A stretch of DNA of 64,000 bases from Nitrospirales bacterium (lineage in GTDB: Bacteria; Nitrospirota; Nitrospiria; Nitrospirales; UBA8639), in NCBI GenBank assembly GCA_963555755.3, contig OY820905.2, forward strand, positions 2,240,001 through 2,304,000, read 5' to 3'. The first letter of the stretch is position 1. Each line of letters opens with the position of its first letter. The notes under the pieces were generated by a model. It worked only from the letters and a program-made list of their open reading frames with translations, ran no database searches and was not told where the DNA came from. The position numbers were made by a program, and so were the translations under genes. Of this stretch, positions 20,665-31,188 are shown piece after piece.

Positions 20665-21447
20665 TCACAACGGATGCTGCAGTCGATAGGCATACATCGC
20701 AATACTCGCCGCGACCACAGCATTTAATGAGTGCATACCCTTCATCATAGGAATGGCTGCCTTTTGAGAAAAGCCTTTCCCAGGCAGGCCTTGGCCTTCT
20801 TCCCCAATCAGGATTCGCACGTTCTTAGACCAAGGAAAACCCGACAGGTCATTTCCAGTAACATCCAACGCCACTATGGTGGATGCGAGGTTGTTATGGT
20901 TGAGTTCCTCTATTGAAGGACCGTAGACACAGTCAACATTAAACACCGCGCCGCTGGCCGCGCGAGTCGATTTTGGATGAAAGGGAGAAGCGGCTTCCTT
21001 CAATAAGATCACTTTCTGCACGCCAAACGCTTGGCACGTTCGAAGGAGAGCGCCCACATTACTCGGATCTCCAAGGGGGCATACTAATTCCAGTCCACGC
21101 GGAGCTTCAGTATGATCCCATTGTCGGATTGCGGGGATCTTGCACACTAACAAGGGGGCACCTGTTCCAAAGACATCTAATGTCTTAAAGAGTTGGCCTT
21201 CCAAAACGTAGTGAGAGACCATCGCAGGCGCCTGAAGAAGTTGTGGCCAAGAGGTGGGATAGATGAGTTCTAGGCAATGATCCGGTCGGCTTTGGAGAAT
21301 TTCCCGAACGATCCGTTCCCCAAAGAATAGGCAATGCTGATTCTTTCTTATGCCACGCGAATCTAATAGCTGTTGCCAGTGTTTGAGGCGGGGATTTTCC
21401 CTGCTTGTTATGGGGCGACCCACGACCTTACTCATCTGGTCCTCCAT
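20665..21447 (-). CDS. TrmH/SpoU family RNA methyltransferase
   Basis: ITSRENPRLK, DPSNVGALLRT, IGEEGQGL, IPM...SLNAVVAASI. Confidence 0.92.
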   Translation of the reverse strand: MEDQMSKVVGRPITSRENPRLKHWQQLLDSRGIRKNQHCLFFGERIVREILQSRPDHCLELIYPTSWPQLLQAPAMVSHYVLEGQLFKTLDVFGTGAPLLVCKIPAIRQWDHTEAPRGLELVCPLGDPSNVGALLRTCQAFGVQKVILLKEAASPFHPKSTRAASGAVFNVDCVYGPSIEELNHNNLASTIVALDVTGNDLSGFPWSKNVRILIGEEGQGLPGKGFSQKAAIPMMKGMHSLNAVVAASIAMYAYRLQHPL

Positions 21448-21728
21448 TTCCCATGATCTATTACCTTAGGGCACCTCTAAAAACCGTCCTTTTCCGTGAT
21501 GGCGGCGTCAGCCGCGTGCTCAAATCCTCATGTATTCGCCCATACACTCCGGTTTTCCGCGCGCGGCTTCCTTGCCCTCACAAAAAATGCCGGGTTTTTA
21601 GAGGTGCCCTTATACAACAATATCTCATCGCCACCGCGGCGACCTCGACTTTTTGTATTTCACCATGCACACCAATATCTTGCACGCCTTTTTTTGCGCC
21701 GCACTGCTGTTTCTAGGTTAATGATCAC

Positions 21729-23090
21729 CTATGATGTCGCTTCTTTCGTTTGAGCGCGATGCTCAAGAAAAAGAAACATCGACAATACCACAAACCCGAC
21801 AACGGCTACGTAGAGAAGGACGATCAGAAATTGATGCCAGCCATCCGCCTGGTCGGCAATCCTCCCGCCCATGAAGTCGAATGTCATGGCAGCCAGGTAT
21901 CCCATGGCGTCGATGATACCCACAAGCACACCGCAATGTTTTCCACCAAAATCGATGGAAAAAACGCTCATCGGAATGTAGTAGCACGGTGCGATGGCCA
22001 GGCCAAAAAGCATGATGGATAGCAGGGAGACTATTAGGCCAACATTTCCTGTCAATTCCAGGCTGGGTACGACGAGAAGCATCACGATGCATCCCACGGC
22101 CACCACCATCATGCCGCCCAGAACGAAAATACGCCTCTTCTTGTTCAGCACGTCGAAGACAAACCCTCCGAGCAGTACGGAAATCAAACAACCGATGGGA
22201 AAAGCTGACGATGTCATCACCGCTATCCCTGGCTTCAAACTAAACGTCTCTTTCAAATAGATACCGATGAAACTCTGAAATTCCATCAGGACGGTCAGAC
22301 TCATGATACTCGCGCAGATGAGCCAGACCCGAGGGGTTTTTGCAAAATCCAGAAGCGCTTCGCCCAGTGAGGCATTATCAAGGTGATGAGGTGTTGTCGG
22401 ATTATCACCATCGGAGGAAGGGCGGACCTCCAGACCCACATCGGTGGGAGACTGTTTGAGGATGAGAAACAGAAATATCAAAACAACACCTGCAATCGCG
22501 ACGGCGATGCCAATGACCGATTGCCATGACATCACCAGAAACATACTGCCCAAAACCAGCGTGGAGAACACGGAGCTAAACCTGGAGCTGGAGGAGAGGA
22601 TTCCCCAGATTCGCCCACGCCAGTTGGCCGGGTACCAAACCCCGATGAGGTTGGCCATCGAAGGCCAGCCAGCCGATTTTGCGAACAGCGCGATGAAGTA
22701 GGCTATCGAGAAGAACAACATGCCGGACATGGTGCCGAAGACTCCCGTCGCCAGCATGCAGAGAGCAAGGGACAGCATGAAAATTCGGCGCCCACCAAAT
22801 CTGTCCGCCAATACGCCGTTCGCCAACTTGCCAATCAGCGTACCGGCTGTACCCCAGCCCAGAACCGCTCCCCAGGCGGTTTTGGTGAGCCCAAGAGCCG
22901 GATCGTCAAGCATCGATGGTCCGGCGTTCACCACGGTTGCACGGCACATATACAGCGCGGCGTATCCTAGATACATGCACGCCAGAACCACCATTTCCCA
23001 CTTGAACCGCCGGTCATGGCATAACCGGTTCACCACATCCGAAAGCATAAAGGCCCCCGTAACAGAATTGTGGTTTCTCTCGCTTTCCAA
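21729..23090 (-). CDS. MFS transporter, GlpT/UhpT (organophosphate) type
   Basis: About 12 TM; GYAALYMCR, GKLANGVLADRFGGRR, WYPANWRGRIWG. Confidence 0.85.
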   Translation of the reverse strand: MESERNHNSVTGAFMLSDVVNRLCHDRRFKWEMVVLACMYLGYAALYMCRATVVNAGPSMLDDPALGLTKTAWGAVLGWGTAGTLIGKLANGVLADRFGGRRIFMLSLALCMLATGVFGTMSGMLFFSIAYFIALFAKSAGWPSMANLIGVWYPANWRGRIWGILSSSSRFSSVFSTLVLGSMFLVMSWQSVIGIAVAIAGVVLIFLFLILKQSPTDVGLEVRPSSDGDNPTTPHHLDNASLGEALLDFAKTPRVWLICASIMSLTVLMEFQSFIGIYLKETFSLKPGIAVMTSSAFPIGCLISVLLGGFVFDVLNKKRRIFVLGGMMVVAVGCIVMLLVVPSLELTGNVGLIVSLLSIMLFGLAIAPCYYIPMSVFSIDFGGKHCGVLVGIIDAMGYLAAMTFDFMGGRIADQADGWHQFLIVLLYVAVVGFVVLSMFLFLEHRAQTKEATS

Positions 23091-23172
23091 TGTATCCCAA
23101 AAACAGTATTTCTAAATCAAAATGGGGTCAAACCTAATTTTTTAATGAAATGATGTACTGTATGCGTTCTCC

Positions 23173-23340
23173 CTGCCCAGGCCGACCCGCATTCAATATG
23201 CCCGGGCCGTGTATCATGTTATGAACTGTGGGAGAAGGCGTCAGAGTATCTTTCATGGGGAGGCCTATTATCAGGCCTTTCTGAATACCTTCGAAGAGTC
23301 TCACCTTTGGTTTGATACGGTGATTCATACTAATTGTTTA
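23173..23340 (+). pseudogene. REP-associated tyrosine transposase (RAYT) N-terminal remnant, cut by MITE A
   Basis: Manual translation LPRPTRIQYARAVYHVMNCGRRRQSIFHGEAYYQAFL...IHTNCL; GGGGTCAAAC motif at about 23124. Confidence 0.75.
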
Positions 23341-23797
23341 GGGCACCTCTAAAAACCGTCCTTTTCCGTGATGGCGGCGTCAGCCGCGTGCTTACATCCT
23401 CATGTATTCGCCCATACATTCCGGTTTTCCGCGCGCGGCTTCTTTGCCCTCACATACAATGCCTGGTTTGTAGAGGTACCCTAAAGTAACAATGACAAAA
23501 ACAGAATCACCTAGGAGGTTTCTCGGGCTATTTCTCGAACGGTCTTTAGGGCTCGCGCAAAAATAACTTCCCCTGTTTGGGCGTCGATCCATCCTGTCTG
23601 GCGGCGTTGCTCGTCCTTTCCATACGAGGAGTATGCGCAGTCCTCGCGCCTTGCCAGATAGGCGTCTCAGCACCCAAACTGGGGAAGTTATTCTTGCGCG
23701 AACCCTTAATACAGACACTGTAAACCAGAATACAGACACTGTAAACCAGGTTTACTCTCTTTTACTCGCGAGATACACGCGTTGAAGTTTCTCATCA

Positions 23798-24809
23798 TAT
23801 GCCTTCCCATTTAACTAAGGTTGCTTCAGTTTATTGAATCCCAAGGGTTTTGAGCTGCTGGTCAGGATTTTCAACAAACTCTGGAAGGTACTCATTGGAG
23901 TCTCACGGCGGTTATAGCGAAAGACAAACTCATCAAGATAGTGTTGCAGGTATTTTGAATCCACTCCATGGTGAATCCCGTTCAGCCAGGTCTGCAGATT
24001 GCCGAACGCTCTATGGATGTGTGGAGCGTGCTTCCCAGCACTTGCTGGGTCACCCTGGGTCCGTCTCAGGTGTTCGTATCCTGCCAAGGCTTTTGCCGAG
24101 TATCCCTTCCAACCATCGGACTTGATCTTACTGCCCTCAGCGACATGGCTATTGAGGAATGCTTTGATCTCGTTCTCTCCAGCGTCTTGAAGAATCGCTA
24201 ATCGTAAACGCCCTGCTTTCTCTCGAAAGTGATCCCCTTGTGTGTACGTGACAATTTCTACGGCTCCGGCTATTAACGTCTTGGTTTTCGCTTTCGCGAC
24301 GCCACGGCCCGTTTTGCCTTTTACCGGTCCACCGATATGGGTTTCATCGGCTTCAACTGTTCCTGCGAGCCGTTCACGGTTCTGTCGTACCATTCCTCGT
24401 CGCAATCTGTGGAGCAAATACCAGGCGCTATCCACCTTCTTGATACTGAGTTGACGCTGCAATTGCACAGCACTGATGCCAGGTGTGTGCGTGGAGACGA
24501 AATAGGCAGCCCAAAACCAAAGCCGTAGCGGCAAGTGCGATCTATGCATCACTGTGCCGCTTAGCGGTGATGTCTGTCTATGACACGACGAACACTCAAA
24601 CCGGAAATATTTTTTGAGCCACCAACCACCGCGATGACCGCAAGCTGGACACATAAACCCGTCTGGCCACCGAATCGCCCGCAAGTACTCGAAGCACGCT
24701 TCTTCGGTGTGGAACCTAACAGAAAAATCCAAGATATCAGCAGCATACCCTGTGTCCATAGTCCAGCAGACTAGTCTAGGGACTAACCTTAGTCAAATGG
24801 GAAGGCATA
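23798..24809 (-). mobile_element. IS1595-family insertion sequence
   Basis: About 25-bp IRs TATGCCTTCCCATTT(A/G)ACTAAGGTT; no matching target duplication seen. Confidence 0.9.
23815..24759 (-). CDS. IS1595-family transposase
   Basis: RWPDGFMCPAC zinc ribbon, VEADET, SDGWKGY, YLDEFVFRYNRR. Confidence 0.93.
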   Translation of the reverse strand: MDTGYAADILDFSVRFHTEEACFEYLRAIRWPDGFMCPACGHRGGWWLKKYFRFECSSCHRQTSPLSGTVMHRSHLPLRLWFWAAYFVSTHTPGISAVQLQRQLSIKKVDSAWYLLHRLRRGMVRQNRERLAGTVEADETHIGGPVKGKTGRGVAKAKTKTLIAGAVEIVTYTQGDHFREKAGRLRLAILQDAGENEIKAFLNSHVAEGSKIKSDGWKGYSAKALAGYEHLRRTQGDPASAGKHAPHIHRAFGNLQTWLNGIHHGVDSKYLQHYLDEFVFRYNRRETPMSTFQSLLKILTSSSKPLGFNKLKQP

Positions 24810-24866
24810 TCTTTTCTTTTACAGGTTCTCTGGCTATAAACCGTCGTCACCAGGACATTGGGGTTA

Positions 24867-25904
24867 TTAAGAGGTTCGGTCAATCATGTAATGGAGACTT
24901 TTCTGGATGAAGGCTTTGTCGTCGCTCTCCGGGGCATCTTGATAAGCTTCAACAAAAACTTGTTCGGCTGCATCACGGAGTTCACGCGCACCAGACCGCG
25001 CGTACTCAATGCTTCCATATGTGTTCAGCAACTCCATCACCCTGTCAATGTCCTCAGCATACTTGCCATTGCGCGACTTAGATAGAAAGCCCTTCAGTTT
25101 CTGGGTCTCCTGCGGTGATCCTTTCCCAAACAAGTGGGAAAGCATGAGCGTCCGCTTTCCCTCGTAGAGATCTCCGGCAATTTCTTTACCGTATTTCTGC
25201 CGACTCCCTGTAAGATTCAAAATGTCGTCCTGAATCTGAAATGCTGAGCCAAGGAGATTTCCAAATGAGTTGAATCGGTCAAGGTCGGTGTCTTCAGGAC
25301 GTGCAATGAGTGCACCGACTCGGCAGGGATTGATAAAACTATACCAGGCAGTTTTCTTTAAGGTCATGAGGAGATAGTCCTCATCTGAAATATCGCACCG
25401 ATTGTCCCGGTTCCACCCTAGCTCAATAGCTTGTCCCTCGTGCGTCACCCTGCTCATGGTGTGGAACTCCTCCTCTAATTGACGTACTAGGTTGGGACTC
25501 AGGGTAGAGCCATTCTTTCTAAAGATACTCCAGCCTAACGCTTGCATCGCATCACCGACATTTACAGCGATTGGAATCCCGTATTGGGCATGCATGGTCG
25601 GATGGCCCCGTCGAAACTCACTCCCGTCTTCGATGTCGTCATGAACGAGAAACGCGTTATGGAGCATTTCAATCGCCGCTGCCGAGACAAGGGCATCCTC
25701 GATGCGACCTCCAAAGGCGCCACAAGTGGCCAGACAGAGAGCCGGGCGTAGCCCCTTTCCCGAACGTTCCAGAAACTCTCGTATCGGGGTGTACAAATAA
25801 CGACGCGGCTCTTTGTCGGGGATTGATCTTTGCAAGACGTCCATTATCTGGCGACGATAGTCATTCAACCGTTCAAGGAATGCGTTGTAGTCTTGAGAAT
25901 CCAT
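24867..25904 (-). CDS. Polyprenyl diphosphate synthase (GGPP synthase-like)
   Basis: GKGLRP, LVHDDIEDGSEFRRG (FARM), EGQAIEL, KKT, FQIQDDILN (SARM), DLYEGKRT. Confidence 0.93.
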   Translation of the reverse strand: MDSQDYNAFLERLNDYRRQIMDVLQRSIPDKEPRRYLYTPIREFLERSGKGLRPALCLATCGAFGGRIEDALVSAAAIEMLHNAFLVHDDIEDGSEFRRGHPTMHAQYGIPIAVNVGDAMQALGWSIFRKNGSTLSPNLVRQLEEEFHTMSRVTHEGQAIELGWNRDNRCDISDEDYLLMTLKKTAWYSFINPCRVGALIARPEDTDLDRFNSFGNLLGSAFQIQDDILNLTGSRQKYGKEIAGDLYEGKRTLMLSHLFGKGSPQETQKLKGFLSKSRNGKYAEDIDRVMELLNTYGSIEYARSGARELRDAAEQVFVEAYQDAPESDDKAFIQKSLHYMIDRTS

Positions 25905-25929
25905 GGATCGATAAACCTATTGGGGGTTC

Positions 25930-27999
25930 CTAACGTTGTTGCACAATTCGAAGCCGGGCAGGCTGGCGTGTTTGACCTTTATCCTCCGAACCCTTCATTG
26001 TCTGGGCGAGATCTCCAGGGCTTCCGCCTACCTCTTTTTGACCACCTTCTGGTGGAACGATCTGCCTTACCTCCTCCAACATCGATTGCACGGGTTTTGG
26101 TATGTCCAAGAGGTTTTCCGCCTGTGGTATCGGACTTTCGCTAAACGGCTGGGTGAGGTTGCTCACCGCATCATAAGCCTCTGAAAAACTTTTCAACGAA
26201 CCACCGTCAATGTTGGAGAACTTACTGGCCTTTTGAAACACATCGAGTACCGGTTTCGCGATACTCATCAGGGCTAATGGGTCTTCCCAGGGTAGATGCT
26301 TTTCCCAACGGGCCCGGTCATATTCACGCCACGGTTGCAGAATCTCGGGCTCATGGAGCTCCCACACTCGGCAGGGGGTCGCGTCGGACCCAGACCGGTC
26401 GAGGATCCCATTGACGGCCCTTCGGGCGGCCTCATTCGCCGACTCCATCGTAGCCAGGTCAGTATGGGTTCGGACATAGTCGGAGGCAAGGAACAGGTTC
26501 GGAATGGCGGTGACGGCGTCGGGCCTCAGGCGCCACGCGTCTATCAGATTCACGAGAAGTGGCTCGACGTTCTCGTGTCGCCGCCTTTCTTCGGGATCCC
26601 GACGGATATCCGGATCCAAAAACCAGTAGTCCAAATCCTCATCCCGCAGGACCTCCCTTCCATGCATATCGTTCAAGCTGCGCTTAAGTTGTTCCCAGGT
26701 CTCGTTTGCGATTTCCTCACGGGTGCAGTCGCTGGCCCTTTTACCATAGAGCACCCCCTCGGTTTCCCAGTCGGAGATATCGACAGAGAGAATGTCCCTG
26801 GTATCACCGTCACTGAATTTGGAAAGATCGAAATCGGGCCAGAACTGAGCTTGCGACACTGAAGTGAGAGCCCAAGGGGTGTCGATGAAGATGACGTGGC
26901 CATGAGTAATCGGCACCAGGCGAGTGACGTAAAACATGATGCCGTTCATCCACGCGACGTGTGTCGCTAGTTCCGGCAAGTGGCTCAGCCGTGGATCGGC
27001 TTCGCGAAGGCTCAAGTTGACCAAGGGGGCCATCCGTTCTACGGGGAGGGCAGACACGTAATAATCGCCTTGTACCTCGGTTGTCATACCATCCTTTTCC
27101 ACCGTGACACTTCGCACCTCTCCGCCGGAGCAGTTGAACGACTGTACCACACAATTCATGTGGTATTTCACGCCCCGACTTTCTAAATAGTCCAACCACG
27201 GTCGAATCCAGACAACATTAGTTGGTCCGTTGAGCAAACGGTCGCTCGTCGCGACGGTCGGATCAATAATATCAAACACCAGTTGAAGGAAAATGTTCCC
27301 AATCGTCCGTGTGTTGGCACGCTGAGCCTGGGAGGCGACAAGGGAACGAGTAATTCCATGACCGAAGAATTTTTGATAGTCCTTGGATTGTTTGGCGGCT
27401 TCGATGAATTCCCACCACCCGATTTGTTCATATTCGTCCAGCCGGCGTTCTTGGGAGGAAGTCGCGATCTGCCAGACCCGCGACGCAAAGAGGTGGACCT
27501 CATGAAGGGGCACCCCGATATCCCCGGATAATAGTTTGAAGACCGCATCAAAAACGGATTTGAACCCTTGGGGGGTCCTCGGAAATCGGGCGGGAAGAAC
27601 GATTTCCTTGCCGCCCTCTCTTGCCAACAACATCTGAGTAGTGTTGACCATGTTGTCAGAGACCTTCCCGTTCCCGTATGGGATACGATCCATGGTATCG
27701 ACAACGTGTTTGTAGAAACCGGGAAAGAAGCGAAAGCCGTGCTCCCCCGGTAACCAAGGACGCTTTTCGTGCGGCGCCAACTCATGCCCTTTCATCCGAC
27801 GCCACTTCTCGATGGCTGGACCGTGAATGGCTTGGCTTCCTCGGTCATCCAATGATTCAAAAACGGGAATGCTGCGCGCCTTGCCTCCGGGGATGTATTG
27901 CTTTTCGTAGACTTCGACATCAAATCCACGCTCAGCCAGCTCGTGAGCAGCGCTCATTCCGCCGATACCCCCACCAAGTATAATTACCTTTTTGGGCAT
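25930..27999 (-). CDS. FAD-dependent oxidoreductase, phytoene desaturase/HpnE-like, with long C-terminal extension
   Basis: GGGIGG...EKQYIPGGKARS, EHGFRFFPGFY, NLFLASDYV...ATMESANEAARRAVN. Confidence 0.88.
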   Translation of the reverse strand: MPKKVIILGGGIGGMSAAHELAERGFDVEVYEKQYIPGGKARSIPVFESLDDRGSQAIHGPAIEKWRRMKGHELAPHEKRPWLPGEHGFRFFPGFYKHVVDTMDRIPYGNGKVSDNMVNTTQMLLAREGGKEIVLPARFPRTPQGFKSVFDAVFKLLSGDIGVPLHEVHLFASRVWQIATSSQERRLDEYEQIGWWEFIEAAKQSKDYQKFFGHGITRSLVASQAQRANTRTIGNIFLQLVFDIIDPTVATSDRLLNGPTNVVWIRPWLDYLESRGVKYHMNCVVQSFNCSGGEVRSVTVEKDGMTTEVQGDYYVSALPVERMAPLVNLSLREADPRLSHLPELATHVAWMNGIMFYVTRLVPITHGHVIFIDTPWALTSVSQAQFWPDFDLSKFSDGDTRDILSVDISDWETEGVLYGKRASDCTREEIANETWEQLKRSLNDMHGREVLRDEDLDYWFLDPDIRRDPEERRRHENVEPLLVNLIDAWRLRPDAVTAIPNLFLASDYVRTHTDLATMESANEAARRAVNGILDRSGSDATPCRVWELHEPEILQPWREYDRARWEKHLPWEDPLALMSIAKPVLDVFQKASKFSNIDGGSLKSFSEAYDAVSNLTQPFSESPIPQAENLLDIPKPVQSMLEEVRQIVPPEGGQKEVGGSPGDLAQTMKGSEDKGQTRQPARLRIVQQR

Positions 28000-28571
28000 T
28001 TCTTTGCTCCTTGCTGAGTTTCCGTTGTCTGCTCTTGGCCGAGCCTCCCGGCTTGGTCTCTTCAGGGGTTTAGACTTAAGCCACGGACACTCACTTGATT
28101 TCCTTTCACTAAACTAAGACTTCACCTCCTGCCGGTATTCGCCAATGAAAGTTACCCTCCTTGTCGGATTCCTCTTTCTTGGCAATGCCAAGACTTTAGA
28201 AAAATAAAAATCCGTGTCTTCGCCTTTGTGTGCATTGAAACGGTTTTATCATCAGGCACTCTTCTCTATCGAGAATTACTGATCAGGTCACTAAATTGTT
28301 CGTGTCCACGTGTCAATATAAGAAACTGGCTTCCACGGAACTTCTGATCTTTCCACTTTTTTGCGTCATTCCCGCCTGTCGTAAGCGGGAATCCCTCTTG
28401 TTCCGTCCGGATGGATACCCGCCTCAAACCGCGGGTATGACGGCTAATGCCGGAGTTGGCTTGACCTCGTGCATAACACTATTGCGTGGCCATGCCACCA
28501 CCCGAGAGGCGCAGAAAAAATATGTCGGTCATGCCGCTTGATCGAATCGTACGCACTATTTACCGGTTTCC

Positions 28572-29168
28572 TCAGTAATTCCTTGGATCCTTAAGGTAGA
28601 GTCTTGTACTAGACTGCCATTCTTCCCCCTCATCAATAATGATTTCGATTGGGAATTCCGGATCGAAGGGGTGCTCGCCCTCACTTGGCATGTCAAATTT
28701 TAGCGGGTCTGGGCTTATATCATCATGCCCCAATGCATCTATTTTTTCTTTTTTTTGTGGTTCATCGGTTTTTTTATCGCCCCCAATATCACGGTAAAGG
28801 CCATCCATGAATCTTAGCGTCACCTTTATTTTATTATCCTTATCCATGTCTCCGCCTTCGTTCTTGATTTGTATGTGAATCTGCCACTTAGGTATATCTA
28901 TCCATTTTCCGTTTTCACGCGTTTTGTCCTTTCCAGAAAGGTATCCCCAAGAAGGTATGGGGACCAATTTAGGAGGCTTTGGGGTGGTATCTGAGAAAGC
29001 ATCTTTAAGAGCCTCAACGAGTTTATTTTGGTCTTCGCTCATTTTGCCACTCCTTTTCTTGGTGGTTGTCTTTTTACGAGGTGGTTTCTTTGTGCTGCTT
29101 GTTTTCTTAGTGATTGTCTTTTTACGAGACGATTTCTTTTTGACAGGTTTTTTCTTCATAATCGTCAA
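28572..29168 (-). CDS. Hypothetical protein with very basic Lys-rich N-terminal tail
   Basis: KKKPVKKKSSRKKTITKKTSSTKKPPRKKTTTKKR; starts 24 nt after the encapsulin stop, with a GAGGGGG RBS. Confidence 0.7.
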   Translation of the reverse strand: MTIMKKKPVKKKSSRKKTITKKTSSTKKPPRKKTTTKKRSGKMSEDQNKLVEALKDAFSDTTPKPPKLVPIPSWGYLSGKDKTRENGKWIDIPKWQIHIQIKNEGGDMDKDNKIKVTLRFMDGLYRDIGGDKKTDEPQKKEKIDALGHDDISPDPLKFDMPSEGEHPFDPEFPIEIIIDEGEEWQSSTRLYLKDPRNY

Positions 29169-29192
29169 TACACCCCCCTCTGTTTTCTAGAG

Positions 29193-30095
29193 TTAGGATG
29201 ACATAAGCCAAATAGCTTCCGGTTGCTTGATGCGGAGGGTTAAGCGCTGGGACACGCGGTAGATTTGACGAGTCTCCTCCGTGGCCTGGAGAAACTTAAC
29301 TGAGATATCGTTGGCTAATACAAGGTCAACATTTTCTCCGGCAAGCGATACCAGAACTCCTTCCATATTGGTTAGTGTGCTGGACCTTAGTAGGGGACCA
29401 TTCAATATGGGTTTGATGCGGTCAACAGGCATAACAAGTGAGCTAGTAGGTGTATGAGCCAAATCAAAGAGGTCTGGTCCTAGTACGAGGGCGAATGGAG
29501 ATAAATGCCCTTCTCTTTCGAGGTTTGTGATCATATTCGAGACCCGCCTCACTAACCAGTTTCCGGTGAGCCCAGCCACAGTGCCGGGAATGCTTGTAAA
29601 GTGTCGTGGGGTATTATCTAATCGAGCCGCTTGAGTGAGCCCATTCCATTGTTCTCCGCCCGTAACGTTAAAAACTGGAGGCATCGGAGCAAATGTACGG
29701 GCGCGAATAACGGTTCTCTGCCCTTGAAAAACCAGGTTGTCCTGGATCCGAGCAAGGATCAACGCCGCACGTCGAAACATGTTGAGAGCGCCGGAAAGGT
29801 CTGGATCTTTGGCCTGCGCGGTAGTGAGCGGAACATTCACTGAGACGGTTGTGAGCGCTCGAGTCGTTACGGTGTTAACAGCTAGGCGGCTGGTCGCGAT
29901 ACCAACAGCTCGGGGAAGAGGCTGATTATTAACAAGTCTGTTTATCTGCACTGATTCCGTTTCAGGAGGCAAAGGCCCATGGATTGGCAAAAACGTTGCG
30001 GCGACGCGGACTTTGCGTACTTCATCACGAACTGTCTGCTGCACGAGGTTCCATTGGTCATCCGTCCATTGATTTGGGTAATTTTCCTGTTCCAT
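29193..30095 (-). CDS. Family 1-like (Linocin M18/HK97-fold) encapsulin shell protein
   Basis: 300 aa; WTDDQWNLVQQTVRDEVRKVRVAATFLPIHGPL, RRAALILARIQDNLVFQG, LEREGHLSPFALVLG, VDLVLANDISVKFL...RLTLRIKQPEAI match the recalled family pattern. Confidence 0.8.
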   Translation of the reverse strand: MEQENYPNQWTDDQWNLVQQTVRDEVRKVRVAATFLPIHGPLPPETESVQINRLVNNQPLPRAVGIATSRLAVNTVTTRALTTVSVNVPLTTAQAKDPDLSGALNMFRRAALILARIQDNLVFQGQRTVIRARTFAPMPPVFNVTGGEQWNGLTQAARLDNTPRHFTSIPGTVAGLTGNWLVRRVSNMITNLEREGHLSPFALVLGPDLFDLAHTPTSSLVMPVDRIKPILNGPLLRSSTLTNMEGVLVSLAGENVDLVLANDISVKFLQATEETRQIYRVSQRLTLRIKQPEAIWLMSS

Positions 30096-30223
30096 AGCTT
30101 CTTCCCCTCTCTTTATTGATTCACAACTATAAATAATAAGATGGTTCTGGGTTCCTTATTAAAGGTCTTCAAGATATCTGAACTCGTATCAATCGTTTGG
30201 TATCGACATCTGCCCCTCGAATC

Positions 30224-31099
30224 CTAAAACAATCCATACAGGTCGTATTCATAAACAGGCTCTTTCATCACGACCCGACCGATTCCGATGCATTGTAGTC
30301 GGTTGACCCATAAGTACTTGGGGTGAGCGGTGATCATTCGTGGGGTTGTCCTTGTGGGTGGCGTCGGTGGCCACTTTTTCTTCAGAAAGTTTTCGTATCC
30401 GTTCTCACCCAATTCGAAGTAACCCGGGTAGTGGATAAAGATCATTGCCCCATCTCCGGTCTCCAGGGTGGCACGCACATCCATGAGCCCAACCCCGTCC
30501 CGCCGAATGGTCATCCAGTCACCGCCTTCGTGATTTATCTTTCCATTGAGCTTTGTTCCGGTAACCTCACCACTGCTTATGTACCAATTGACCTTAATGC
30601 CCTCCGGAGTCTCTCCGATGATCTCTGGGTCACCGCCGCCAAGATGAATCGTAAAATGGCAAAGGTATTCGAGGCTGAACGGCAAACGTCCTTCAAGCAG
30701 ATTTGGTTGAGATGCCGCGTCCAGGATAGGGGTAGGCGCGGCGGCCCGTGGGACTTCAAATTGACGGTTCAGACCCGTCACAGCACATGGGTCCGGAACT
30801 CGGCGCCCGCTATTTTCGCCGATGACGGTATACTCGACCTTCGACCCAGGAAGGAGCCTCGGAAAGGATACTTTGAAGTACTGTCGCCCGGCACCCTGTT
30901 CAGTTCGCAACAGGGTTGCGCGGACGGTGCGCTCGAAACCTCCATCGACACGATACAGTACACTTACCGTATTGCTTGGATTCGCAGGAGAGACACCTGC
31001 TATTACACTGAGGTTATCGGCGGAATCCACAACCCCATCGGGCGCGGGGGTGTCCTCTGTGCCATACCATAGTGTGAGCCCCTCGTGGGTGTAACGCAT
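30224..31099 (-). CDS. DUF3237-domain protein with N-terminal Ig/CBM-like domain
   Basis: IGETPEG...GEVTG..LNG...GGDWMTIRRDG..MDVRATLETGDGAMI...RTTPRMITAHPKYLWVN. Confidence 0.8.
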   Translation of the reverse strand: MRYTHEGLTLWYGTEDTPAPDGVVDSADNLSVIAGVSPANPSNTVSVLYRVDGGFERTVRATLLRTEQGAGRQYFKVSFPRLLPGSKVEYTVIGENSGRRVPDPCAVTGLNRQFEVPRAAAPTPILDAASQPNLLEGRLPFSLEYLCHFTIHLGGGDPEIIGETPEGIKVNWYISSGEVTGTKLNGKINHEGGDWMTIRRDGVGLMDVRATLETGDGAMIFIHYPGYFELGENGYENFLKKKWPPTPPTRTTPRMITAHPKYLWVNRLQCIGIGRVVMKEPVYEYDLYGLF

Positions 31100-31188
31100 C
31101 GCCCTTTCCCCTCTCGGCTAAGGTCCGTTGACCCGCAAGACCCGCAGGCCCTCATTGCTTGATCACCCTGCCCTTTGGTTTTTGTGTA

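Noticed and set aside
23708..23749. 21-bp tandem repeat AATACAGACACTGTAAACCAG x2
   Set aside because: Only two units between mobile elements; likely a slippage or insertion scar.
29193..30095. Prophage major capsid protein
   Set aside because: No terminase, portal, tail or integrase nearby; sequence pattern and metabolic context fit an encapsulin.
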